Shown: positions 11,224-22,862 of the stretch, piece by piece
Numbering within the stretch: the stretch's first letter is position 1
Layout of the letters: each line of letters starts with the position of its first letter
Assembly: GCF_001194135.2 (NCBI RefSeq)
Contig: NC_068983.1
Span: 140,625,384-140,657,866 of the forward strand
Direction: 5' to 3'
Source: Octopus bimaculoides
Taxonomy: Eukaryota
DNA: 32,483 nucleotides
Notes under the pieces: generated by a model
The model's input: the letters and a program-made list of their open reading frames with translations, nothing else
Told to the model about the DNA's origin: nothing
The model's database searches: none
Program-made: the position numbers and the translations under genes

Positions 11224-12669
11224 NNNNNNNNNNNNNNNNNNNNNNNNNNNNNNNNNNNNNNNNNNNNNNNNNNNNNNNNNNNNNNNNNNNNNNNNNNNNN
11301 NNNNNNNNNNNNNNNNNNNNNNNNNNNNNNNATGAGCGATGGGAGAGACAAAAATAGATATAAAAGGAGATAGATGAATTTGTAATAGTAGTGAAAACAG
11401 TTGGCTTTAACTCAAAGCGATTTATAATGTTTAAAACAAAGAATGATTAGACTATTGATGGTAGTTCATCAGACACTAATAAATAACACTAAAATTTCAT
11501 AAAAATATGAATTTCAAAAATTCAAAAATTAATAGTTTAAGAACAATATAAGTGAACACTCACAACCAATTGTTGTTATAATTTCATAAATCTCCATAAT
11601 TTTTGCCTTTTTTGTTTTTTGTTGTGGTTATTTTAATTTTCAACGACCATTATTATTTAAGCATCTTTGTTATTCTGGGTCACCGCATCGGCAAGCTTAA
11701 TTGCGTTGATATTATAATTTTAAATGCGTATAATACATTTTTTTTATTTGATATTGTTTGCTAATACTGTGTTTATTTATTGTAGTCAAGGTTATTCTTT
11801 AATAAGTCAATAAACTAATAATGGTAGAGACAAGTATCTAATATATTGAAAACCAATTTGACATTCTATTGAACTTATGAAACTTATGTTTTGTATTATT
11901 TGCCTAGGTTATACTAGCAAACAGATATGCTATAACGCAGTTTTTTAAAGCATTCATTGAGACACAAAGGATAATATCAAATTTCCTACAATGTTCTTTT
12001 CATGATATTATTTAATGTGAATTTGTGACTTCGTAAGTACATATATCTAGCTTTATCTTCAAATAAATATGTATTTTGTTTGTAGATAGCATGTCTGGAA
12101 GCCTATTTAGAGTGTGACAGCTAACAAATTGAGAGTTTATAACTTGTCATCCGTGAGCAATACCGATGTCCTTAGGTGGATGATATCACGTAGTAGTAAT
12201 TAGATGAAAAAAGATAGTCATAGAACACATGATATAAATCATTAAAATATTGGTTAATATTACATCTACATTTAGTACTGGGTGTAAACATTTTCCGATA
12301 CATTTTATTTTTTTCTGGTTCGGTTTGGTTATGGTCTTCTACTCAAGCAAATTTCTAATCAAGGGCCTTTCAGTTCTGACATTTTCGATTGTGCGATATT
12401 TATCCTATTTACCATGTTATGTTATGACATTTTTAAAATATGTTGAGATTCAGTTTGGCGAAGCAATGATTTGAAAAAAAAAAAAATTTATATTCTTGAG
12501 GCTATAAAATCTGGCACTAAATATTGGCTAATTAAATTTCGTGAAAGAGAATAAATTAGGTGAATTGAAATAGCTTATGGAGAAATTCAAACGAACAATC
12601 TCGTTGAGGCATGCACAAATTCACAGACTCTCACCATCATACGTATACACGTTTATCTGTGCGTTCAAA

Positions 12670-12769
12670 GATGATGATGATAATGATGATGACAACGAAG
12701 ACGACGACGACTACGATGATATCATTAATAATAATAATAATAACAATAATAATAATAATAATAATAATG

Positions 12770-12807
<38 letters not shown>
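12670..12807. repeat. (GAT/GAC)n then (AAT)n microsatellite
   Basis: Seen directly; lies immediately 5' of the RLE LINE. Confidence 0.95.
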
Positions 12808-12808
<1 letters not shown>

Positions 12809-15458
12809 TCCAAAACAAAATTTAAAAAAAAGAAAATATCTATCGATTTTCAACGAAATTAGTAGAAAATCAACACAACTAAGTAACAAGAAGAAAACAA
12901 AAATACTGTACAAATACAACATTACAGAAAAAGATTTACTTGATGTAAAAGAAAAGCTAAAGCCACATATCCTGGCCAAAGCACAAAGGATCCGCCGGTA
13001 TGAGAAACGCTAACGTTTCTTTGAACAAAACAAACACTTCAAATCCAACCCAAAAAAGCTCTACCAAGAACTGGGTAAAAATAAAATAGACATTACTGCA
13101 GCACCAATAGCAGAAGAACTGGAAGAATTCTGGAAACAAATATGGTCGGTGAAACAACAACCCCAGAAAAGGACCATTAAAACAACGAATTTAGCACCTT
13201 GAGCAAATCTAGACCCCTATAGCAACTGAAGAGGTCACCCAGGCACTGCAAACACTAAGCAACTGGACGGCACCTGGGAATGACAAGATCCCCAACTGCT
13301 GGTTAAAATATCTGACAGGAATGCACAAAAAGCTGGTTGAAAACTTTAACAGAGCCAGAGACAATGCCTGAATCGCTCACGAAAGGGAAACCATCTTAAT
13401 TCCCAAATTCACGGAAACAGAAAAAAAACCCACAAAACTACAGACCTATAACCTGTCTCCCTACAATTTACAAAGCCTTTACGGCAATAATATCGGAGAG
13501 ATTGAGTAAGAACCTGGAAGATAACAACCTGTTTCCAGAAGAGCAGAAGGGATGCTGCGAGGGCTCATACGGCTGTAAAGATAAATTAACTGAAGACAGC
13601 CGCAGAAAGAAGAAAGGTCTCAGTATGGCCTTGATCGGCTACCGAAAGTATTTGATAGTGTTCCCCACAAGTGGATCCTCGAAACACTAGCCATAAACAG
13701 GGTAGCACCAATGATTATAAAATACATAAGACACTCTATGAATAAATGGCAGACAGTGCTACAGCTCCAAACAAAAGAGGGACTCGTGAAAACGAAAGCC
13801 ATTAGAAGGAGAATATTCCAGGGAGACACACTCTCTCCACTCCTGTTCTGCTTAGCACTCAGACATTCAACTGACTTGCTAAATAGAACTGGATGCGGAT
13901 ACATATGTTACGGCAAAACAATCAGCCACCTTTTATATATGGATGGCCTAAAATTATACGCTAGAAATGATAAAGAGCTGGAAACACTATTACAGACAGT
14001 ACATGAATTTACCAAAGAAATAGATACGAAATTTGGATTAGAAAAATGTGCTAAAAGCAACCCTGAAAAGAGGAAAACTAGTTACGAGTAGCAACATCAC
14101 ATTTGATAAATCCAATGAAATAAGAGAATTAGACCAAAGCCAGACATACAAACATTTAGGAATCAATGAACTAGATAGGATACAACACACACGAATGAAA
14201 GAGAAAATAAAGAAAGAGTACTATACACGAGTTAGATCAATACTAAAAACAAGATAATAGGTATTAACACTTTAGCCGTCCCAGTTATAAGTTACAGCTA
14301 CAATATCCTTAACTGGACACTAAACGAACTATGTAAAATAGACAGGAAAACAAGAAAAATAATGACAGGATATAGAATACACCACCCAAAATCTGACAGA
14401 GAAAGGCTATATATACAACGGACAGAAGGTGGCAGGTGTCTTATACAGCTGGAAAACTATTATAAAATAACCACCATAGGACTGCAAAAATACCTACTTC
14501 AGAAGCAAGAGAAACTAATACAAATAGCCACAAAACACGAGCAAAACAAAACACTGTTTTCAGTATTTAAGGAAGCTGACAAATACAAACAAGAAATCGT
14601 ACGACCTAATAAATAAGAAGAAGTAGAAGTAGACACAACAAAAGCCATAAAACAAATGAAATCAAAACTAAAACTAGAACAGCAACGGACCATGATAAAA
14701 CGATGGCAAGAAAAGCCCCTACATGGTAAATACTGGGCTGAACTAAATGCAAAAGAAATAGACTGAGAAAAATCCCAGCAATGGTTGAGAAGCTCAGGAC
14801 TCAAAGCAGAGACTGAAGGATTTTTAATTGTTGCACAAGACCAAAGCCTCTCCCCAACAGAAATTACCAAAAACATATAGTGAAAAGAAACATAAGTAAC
14901 TGCAGAATATGTGGCGATGGACAAGAAACAATAAATCATATTATCTATGGCTGCCCAGTCCTGGCTAAGAAGGAAAATAGTTACAGACAAGACAGAGCTG
15001 GGACCTATATACACTGGAAGCTATGCCAACACTATAGAGTAACAACAGTAAAAAGATGGTATAAACACGCCAAAAAAGGTCACAGAGTACTAGAAAGCAG
15101 CCATACTCTGGGATATGCCAATACTCACAGATAGAGAAATGAAGGCCAATTGACCAGATATAGTTGTCAAAGATCATAAAGGAAAAAATACTTTCTAATT
15201 CATGTATCAACACAAGCAGATGACAACGTTTCCCTAAAAGAAATGGAGAAACTTTCAAAATACAAAGACATGGAAATAGAGGGAACTCGAATGTGGAATC
15301 TAAAAACGGAAACAATTCTTATCATAGTAGGTGCCTACGCAAAACACTTTCAATACAGTAACCATAAAAGCATCACAGCAAACCACAACACATATCCAAG
15401 GCACACAGAGCTGCGCTCGGTAGTGAAGTGAAAGCACGTTATAAAAATAAAACTACTG
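12808..15458 (+). mobile_element. R4/Dong-like RLE non-LTR retrotransposon, 5'-truncated and decayed (RT, CCHC, restriction-like endonuclease)
   Basis: Motifs across frames: AKAQRIRRYEKR, NYRPITCLPTIYK, EEQKGC, IFQGDTLSPLLFCLAL, YMDG (13936-47, decayed YMDD), FGLEKCAK, YKHLGI, CRICGDGQETINHIIYGC, PDIVVKD, EKLSKYKDMEIE. Multiple stops and frameshifts. Confidence 0.9.
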
Positions 15459-15472
15459 AACAACAACAACAA

Positions 15473-15556
<84 letters not shown>
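15459..15556. repeat. (AAC)(ACT)(AAT) compound tail/microsatellite
   Basis: Seen directly at the LINE 3' end. Confidence 0.95.
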
Positions 15557-15558
<2 letters not shown>

Positions 15559-15677
15559 CAACTGGGAAAGTATACAATGAGACTCTCTGCGCTGTGTACA
15601 GAAAACACTCGGCGAGAAATGGAAGAAAATTTGAAGAATGAAAGAAAACAAGAACTGCAACAAGAACAACAACAACA

Positions 15678-15740
<63 letters not shown>

Positions 15741-15757
15741 AAAATAATAATAATAAT

Positions 15758-16380
15758 GAAATATAGAGTGGGTGTTGTGTTAGTTCAGGAAGAATTTTCG
15801 AAAATGAGCCATGACCAAGTTGGGAAAGTTTTGCACTGGAAGCTTCGTCTGAAATGAGACTTTCAAGCTGTACATTTTTGGTACAATCATTGGTTTGGAA
15901 GTGTACTAGAATCAAAGAAATGCAAATGTTATGAGATTTTCCTATTCATACAGATGAGAAAATAATAATACAGAGATAACAAAAAGAGACAATGAAAACC
16001 GAAGTTCCTGTTTTGATTTATCTATCACGTCCGTTTGATTTCAGGTTTGTGCAGAAAGAAGGCAAAAATTTAAGGAAATATATAACCTTAAAATCTGAAA
16101 GAATTTGGAGTATTAAAACTGTAAAGGTTGTGCCTGTAATAATTGGTGTATTAGGGGCTGTGAGAAATGATATAGATGAATGGCTGAAGAAGATTGGAAT
16201 GGAATATCTTTTGAGCTACGACAGGAAATCTTCCTCTTAGGAAGAGAAAAGATTATCAGAAGTCTCTTGAGAACTTGAGAGATTATTGAAATCCTTTGAA
16301 TATCTAATGTTACGGGTAGTAATCAGCTACTCACATAAATACGACCAGGAATTATAGCAATGCCTTAGTCAAGTTGAATA
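15758..16380 (+). mobile_element. 3' (RLE) fragment of a second R4/Dong-like LINE
   Basis: HDQVGKVLHWKL...FPIHTD...RIWSIKTVKVVPVIIGVLGAV parallels the C-terminus of the 12808-15458 element. It follows an (AAT)n tract and ends in an AAC-rich tail. Confidence 0.75.
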
Positions 16381-16439
16381 TAAATAACAACAAAAACAAC
16401 AGTAGCGACAAAAACAATAAGGAGAATAACAATAATAAT

Positions 16440-17537
16440 TTGGCTATCCGTTCACCAAGCTGCGTTTACCCCTCCTACTATCCTCCACCAACTCTCATTT
16501 ATGATTATCTCAAGTACAAAGCAAAAGTCGAAACTATAAAACTTTAATGATACCTCATAGTATCAGGAGCAAAGATGGCAGACTTAACTAAATTCTACAG
16601 CAAATAATAACAACGATGATAACGCCTACATCGTCGTCATGGCTACAAAGATTAGCCACAACGATACAGAACAAAGCTCTATTTGTGGTAACTAACGATC
16701 AGTAATTACAAAGTTGAATTAATTGTAACGGTATTAATGGCGGAGTTGACAACGATGGCCGAGACCAACTGTCTTTGCATCTGCCACACAAGACTCAATA
16801 ATAATAATTCTAATGTAGCAAAAATATGTCTTACAAAACAAAACTCCACGAGTTTCAATTGAAAGACTGTTATTGAACTAGAACACGTAAATGTCTGAAG
16901 AAATAAATTGTAATGAACCTGATAAAGGTAGCGATGAAAGTGGTATTGAAACAAAATTTGTAGACCACATGTTTACTGAAGAATATAGAGGGCCTGTAAT
17001 AGAAATGAAGCAGAAAATCCTGAAGGAGCTTGCAATTGTAAGAGATGCCAATATGCATGATAGAGAACCATTTCATAAATTCTCAAATACAATCTAAAAT
17101 AGAAAACAACTTAAAATTGGCAAATGAAATCATACAAGAACTAAAACTAGTTATTATTTATACAACTGTTAAGGCAATTGAAATCAGTTGTATGCCTCAG
17201 AAAAGCAAAGAATTAATATTTTGGGAAGAAATCCGACCTAGAGAAGTAAAATTTTGAAAGAGATTGCAATAATGAGAGGCAAAGTATCAATATCAAATTA
17301 ATTAATCTGTGGAAACGTTGCAAAGTCAAAAAAAGGGAGAAAGTTGAAGAGAAAATACAGATTCTCAAGAAGAAAAGAACTGCTTTCATCAAAAGAAACA
17401 CTGCAACAAAATGCTCCAAGGTTACCAAGATTTGAGAAGAGAGACACGTTTTGCTAGCAAAATAAGCTGTTCATATCCAATGCGATAACATTCTACAGAG
17501 AAATAGTGAAGAAGAAAATAGCCATTGAAGGCACCTC
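16440..17537 (+). mobile_element. 5' fragment of another R4/Dong-like LINE (pre-RT region), 3'-truncated
   Basis: KGRKLKRKY...KETLQQ...RFEKR...QNKLFISNAITFYREIVKKKI parallels AKAQRIRRYEKR...QNKHFKSNPKKLYQELGK at ~12950-13090. It begins after an AAT run. Confidence 0.7.
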
Positions 17538-19301
17538 CGCTCCTATGAAACGGTTCCGATAGGTGACTGTTTACTTTGACCATTGAACAGGTGCCACTGT
17601 GCATTGCAGCGATCCATCGTCGGAAAACGTGTCCGAAACCGCCTGCTTACAGGACGGCTTCCAAGTAAAGATGGTCAACCTTATCGAATGCTTTGGATTG
17701 ATCGAAATTGATCAGAGCACCTGTGAAGTCAGTTTTAGTTCCAGTTTTTGCTATGATGTATAGCATAAGGTGGACGTTGTCGTGGATATACCCGCTCAGC
17801 ATTGCGCACGTTTGCTTTTCTCTGTACAGGTTACCGTCGACAAGTGCCAGATTTTCTCTAAAATCTTAAGCCCTGTATTTAGCAGAGTTTTGAGCCGAAA
17901 TTTCACTGCTAGGTCCCCAATGTCGGCGTCCTTCCTCAGCAGTGTCAACACAACTCGGCTAACTATGAATTCTCCCATTCTGTTGCTATTTGTGGCAGAT
18001 ATTGTGAAGAAGTCACCAAAGAATTCTGACATGAATGCATAGAATTCATAGAGAAGACCATCTAAACTGGGTGATCTGCGATTTGTGCAATCGCTCATCG
18101 CCTCCCGAATTACAGGGACTGTTATCGACCTTTCACATAATCTTCCGTCAGTTGCCGAGAGCCGAGTAACACCCGCTGAGTAACACCCATCGAGTAACAC
18201 CCGCTCATCTCAATGCATCAAAGACCTGATCACGTTGTTGTTTCCACGTCACGTCTCTACTGCTCCAGCCAATCGGACAGCTTTGGTTTCTTCCTGTTTG
18301 AGTGCATGGGCCTTAGTTCTGACAACGCAACCTTAGTGTTTCGCTTCGAAGAAATGGTCAAGAGGCTTTCTCGCCGCAAACACATCAGTCGCGATGTCCT
18401 TTCTCATCGCCTCTTCTAAAATTGCTAAGTAGTTCACCCTCTAATCTATTCCTTTCTATTGCTAACTCTCTGCTAAACCCTATTGACCCTGCTCTAACCT
18501 CCCTCTTCAGGCGGTCGCTCAACTAGTTCACTAATCCGGTCCCTGCAATGTTTGCGTGCTGGAAAGGACGCATTTAACTTCAAGTAACCAAGTCTTTGTC
18601 TACGCGTCTTGTCGAATTCAACTGTGCAGATCACAAACTTGTGGTCTGTATAACTAACCAGTTTAAATTGTGGACAACCTACGATATCCCTATGCTCTGA
18701 CCTAACTAACACCCTATCTGGATACGTTCTAGGTGACCCACTGTGGTTGCTTCCTGTCCACACTGGTACATGAGGGAAATCCAGTCGATACCTATCAAAC
18801 AATTGGAAGTTTCTGAATAGGTTTTCAAGGCTCTTGCACCTCCTTCTTCTGTGTACTAGACTCACACAGTCCTTCCGTGCGTCTAAAACCCAGTCCTCAA
18901 CAAGTACTAAACTTCCAGACATTCCCAGGAATGTTTCTAGACGCCTAAAGAATTTTGGACTACCAGCCCCTGTCGGGGAAAAGGTGACCACCAGTGCAGG
19001 GGTGCCACATTCGCTAGCATTCACATCTAGGACCACCAAACTGCCACCCAGGTCCAAGAATATTGTCTTTACTTCGAGATCTAAGGATTTTCGGAATAGC
19101 ACTGCGCCCGCTCCCGATAGACCGTATGATGAGAGTATTTCGTAATCATCGAAAATGTGCGCTAATGCTTGCACGTTAGAAATCCTTGTCTTGCTAATCG
19201 CAGCCACATCTAAATTGTGCGATCTGATGTTGTTTAGCAAGTGGCTTCCAAATTGAGCCCGAGTCAAGTACATTCATACACCTCGCTCTGAAAACGACCA
19301 T
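17538..19301 (-). pseudogene. LINE ORF2 remnant: APE endonuclease and N-terminal RT
   Basis: APE-like LDVAAISKTR...TYPDRVLV...TDHK...GYLKLNAS (ORF 18494-19273). RT-like SPSLDGLLYEFY...FRLKTLLNTGLKIL (17796-18200) and DQSKAFDKVDHLYLEAVL...VKVNSHLSEPF. Confidence 0.88.
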
Positions 19302-19329
19302 ATTTATTGGGGAAATAAAACGGAGGAAT

Positions 19330-21233
19330 GTCACTTACTTTAGATTTTGAGAAGGACGTCTGATTTAGCTGCCTCATCAGAAAATTATCGTTAGTGAAGG
19401 GCCTTCCCAAAGTCCTTTTGTCCATCTTCAGCCTAAAGATCCCAATGTCTCTTTAGTTTTAGTTATGTGCTTGTGTCAGTTTTTGTAAGCTGTCTGTCAT
19501 GGGGTGTTTTCAACAGAAGTTCGTCGAATCCTACTCTTTTTGTAAGTATACTTATGTTATTCACTGTTATTCACTATTTCCTGCATCAGCTCGCTGTTGC
19601 TCATGCGAAGGACTGTGAAGTTGATGAGGCGGTCGTTGTTTTGTAGACAGATGCATGAGTTGTTTTATGATTGCTGGTTGTTTCTCTTCGTGCATTTAAT
19701 TTTATTTTGGTGCTTTTGTAGTTGTGGTGAAGGTAGAATGAGTGGGCAATGCTTTTCCTGTTGGGATTTGGGCCGGTGTATCGGTGTTGTTAGTGTAGCT
19801 GATGGATTAGAAGTATTTTCCTCGTCCTGACTTTTTGCTTTCAGTTTAGAATGACCTTGTTGTTTTCAACTATTTTTCCGCTTTTCTCTAACACAAGTCC
19901 TTCTCAGCGGATTCAAGTCCTCCTCGTCGCGTGATAAGGCTTCTCAATTGCCAGTGTTTGTGCCGTTGTTGTGTTGGAAATCTGCTGCTGAAGATGTTGC
20001 TTTAATGGTTATAGATGCATTGGTTATTGTTGCAGCTTTTGGACATCTTGTGGTGGTGATGGTGGTATTAACAGAGCCGCCGTTCCTCTAGCTGCAATTT
20101 GTTGTTGTGGGGAGAGGTCCTTCAACAGTGTTAGACCCCAAAGTGTGGCACATTGCCTTTCTGCCTTCCACCGCGACCCGACCGTAGTTGTGCTCCGTTT
20201 GCCAGCTTATTGAGGTCGGGACTCTGTCCAGAGATTCCAGTTTTACCTAGATAAAAACATTTCAACCTAATCGCGGCCCAATTCTCCTGACATTCTTTTA
20301 ATTTCTAGAAGCGAATCCGAACCTTCGACCATAGCACACGCAACCAACCACCGAATGTCTAATTCTGATGGCACATCTGATATTTTAACTTTCAGTACTC
20401 GCCGTCCAAGGTATGAGGAGAGGAGAATATCCTTGTGTATGCACTGGAGCATTGCGTGGTTTTGAACTAAAGCCTCTGTGAGGAACCTCAATTCCACAGA
20501 ACCTTATTGACTTCCTCATGTGAGGAAATCGATATCAGTCGAAATGCCCTTGAAGCATATTACTGCTGCTGTTGTTGATGTTGTTACTGTTGTTCGTATT
20601 GTTCGTAGTAGAGGAGACGGTGGCGGTGGTATCGGAGTTGCTGTTCTTGTTTGTGATTGATATAGTCATCCTTAATGACACGCATCTGTATACGGTGACC
20701 CTTCTGACCATCTTCTCCATTCAATCTCAACGGAGAGGAAGCTTGATTTTCCTATCCCCTCTATTGAGTATGTTTTCCTGCTTCACTCAGGTACGCATGT
20801 TTTCTTTCCTGCAATTTTCTTATTACTACAAAGAAGTTGCTTTCATAGTTGGTGTTATTGTTGGTGTTGGCAATATAGTTTTTGCTGCTTATGATGTTCT
20901 TGTTGTTGTTGATTTTAGTTGAAGCCAAAGCGACGCTACTGTTGACCGATGTAGCTAAGCTACATGCTAAAGGTTGGAAGTTATTTAAATTGTAGTTGTA
21001 CTGCTTGTTTTGCTCTCCCGTCCAAGCTTTACTGTTGTGTTGTTGTTGCTGCTGCTGTTGTTGTTGCAGTTGCTGTTACTACTACTGCTGCAGTTGTTGC
21101 TGTTGTTGTTGTTGCTACTGTTGTTCGTAGTGTTCGTAGCAGAAGTGACGGTGGTGGTGGTATCGGAGTTGCTGTTCTTCTTTGTGATTGATATAGTTAT
21201 CTTCTTTTGCCTGCTTGCTTTTCTCGTTGTCAC
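19330..21233 (-). pseudogene. LINE ORF1 remnant with low-complexity, internally duplicated N-terminus
   Basis: ELRFLTEA...YLGRRVLKVKISDVPSELDIRWLVAC...RVAVEGRKAMCH aligns with the ORF1 at 8855-10187. A ~107-bp direct repeat lies at 20565-20672 and 21097-21203. Confidence 0.65.
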
Positions 21234-21595
21234 GTCAACAGAACAGGCGAATAGCTGTCAGCCTTTCTCATTTTATGAAAAGACACTCCTCTGATTCTTG
21301 CCCTTTCTCATCGACGACTGAAATTCCCTCGAAACTATTTGTTACTCCCATTGGGCAAAAAGTCAAATTTTTCAACGTGGAATAAAAATGGGATTAATTC
21401 GATAAGTACCCCCAAGAAATGGGGGAACTTTAAACAAAAAAAAAATGGAGCCAGCAACCGAAGGTTCCTTATTTTCTCCACTGGTTGAAAATGATACGGA
21501 AGCACCAATATTTTCAGGAGAATCTATATATTTTAATAATGCACTCATATTAAATTGCTTTTGTATCACCCTATACACACTCACATGTGTGTATA

Positions 21596-21630
<35 letters not shown>

Positions 21631-21698
21631 NNNNNNNNNNNNNNNNNNNNNNNNNNNNNNNNNNNNNNNNNNNNNNNNNNNNNNNNNNNNNNNNNNNN

Positions 21699-21747
<49 letters not shown>

Positions 21748-21770
21748 ATATATATATATATCGTATCGTA

Positions 21771-22206
21771 GTCCGTACGTATCGCAGATCAAGATGTGAA
21801 GGATGATTTCCTTTTGCAAATACAGACAGGACACAGATGTGTGTCAATAGGCAGCTGGAGGAGATATTCTCCTGGAGCTAAAAGCAACAGTAACATCCAC
21901 CCTTAGGGGGTCAGCCACATTTAAGTGGCAAATATACCTCACCTTGTCGTGCAGATATTGTTAATACCCTGTTCAGAGATTTAACATTGCATGTTTTCAC
22001 TTATTCGAGATCAGTAAATAATATCACTGGAAAAAGTTATATATATTTGCAAAGGGATATCTTTCGCATTGAAATATTCCATCGAAGGTCGGCGATTGTC
22101 GTACGCTGAGGACGGGAAAATACCCAGAAACTCGAGTCCATACGTATTGCAGATCAACATCCACCCATAGGGGTCAGCTACATTTAAGTGGCAAATATAC
22201 TTCACC
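21771..22206 (+). mobile_element. Hammerhead-bearing ~365-nt repeat unit, partial tandem dimer (retrozyme-like or Penelope pLTR-like)
   Basis: GTCCGTACGTATCGCAGATCAA (21771-92) recurs as GTCCATACGTATTGCAGATCAA (22136-57). A 52-nt block at 21892-21943 recurs at 22156-22206. The period is 365 nt and is anchored at the GTC cleavage triplet. Confidence 0.7.
22100..22144 (+). ncRNA. Minimal type I hammerhead ribozyme
   Basis: Stem I CGTACG(22100-05)/CATACG(22139-44), with one mismatch; the upstream copy has the perfect CGTACG. Core CTGAGGA (22106-12), stem II GGG-AAAATA-CCC with C.A closing mismatch, GAAA (22127-30), palindromic CTCGAG, GTC triplet (22136-38). Confidence 0.72.
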
Positions 22207-22271
22207 TATAAATATATAGTTTTAGGGAAAAGAACCAAGGTTCATGAACTCATCGATGAAAATCCACTGTC

Positions 22272-22306
<35 letters not shown>

Positions 22307-22528
22307 TATATTAATATTTCTAAGTCTCTCTAAAGGAGACTACGGCAGCGGTACTGGAAATTAATAGTTATCGCCAAGCCAACATGGCAGTCCCAAAATT
22401 AGGACGAATGCTGCCGTGGATTAGCTCCAAGAGGCCATCGCCTCTCGCTAGCTATGTGGCACACGAATCTGTGTCCTTTATAACCTTCGAACAAGGGAAG
22501 TCAGCAGCTTCCCCTTGCTGGTTTGCCA

Positions 22529-22575
22529 TCTGCAGACTAGACTAGTTTCAGGGTATTGCCCCTTGTCAATGCAGA
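22529..22575 (-). ncRNA. Degenerate hammerhead fold (probably inactive)
   Basis: TCTGCA/TGCAGA stem I, core TTGACAA (2 changes from CTGANGA), GGGG-CAATA-CCCT stem II, GAAA, CTAGTCTAG stem III, GTC triplet. Confidence 0.5.
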
Positions 22576-22815
22576 GCATGTGTCCTTTATAACCTCTTGG
22601 AGCTAATCCACGGCAGCATTCGTCCTAATTTTGGGACTGCCATGTTGGTTTGGCGATAACTATTAATTTCCAGTACCGCTGCCGTAGTCTCCTTTAGAGA
22701 GACTTAGAAATATCAATATCTCTATTTCTGAAAACCAGTGGATGTATTCCGCTGAAATTAGATAAATAACCTTCATACAGATAGTCAGTAGCGACGCCTA
22801 CTGGGTTTCGGCTGC

Positions 22816-22862
22816 TCTGCATTCACAAGGGGCAATACCCTGAAACTAGTCTAGTTTGCAGA
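22816..22862 (+). ncRNA. Degenerate hammerhead fold (probably inactive)
   Basis: Same architecture as 22529-22575, with core TTCACAA (3 changes) and a GTT triplet. Confidence 0.45.

Larger units (their letters stand above)
17538..21300 (-). mobile_element. Tx1/L1-like LINE (ORF1 plus 5' part of ORF2), 3'-truncated; 5' boundary approximate
   Basis: See the ORF1 and ORF2 remnants below; the ORF1-APE-RT order is typical of the L1/Tx1 clade. Confidence 0.85.

Noticed and set aside
18164-18205. Three tandem 14-bp units GAGTAACACCC(GCT/ATC)
   Set aside because: Local slippage inside LINE ORF2; no spacers, so not CRISPR-like.
19340-19382. Minus-strand CTGATGAG inside the Tx1 element
   Set aside because: No GAAA follows a closed stem II.
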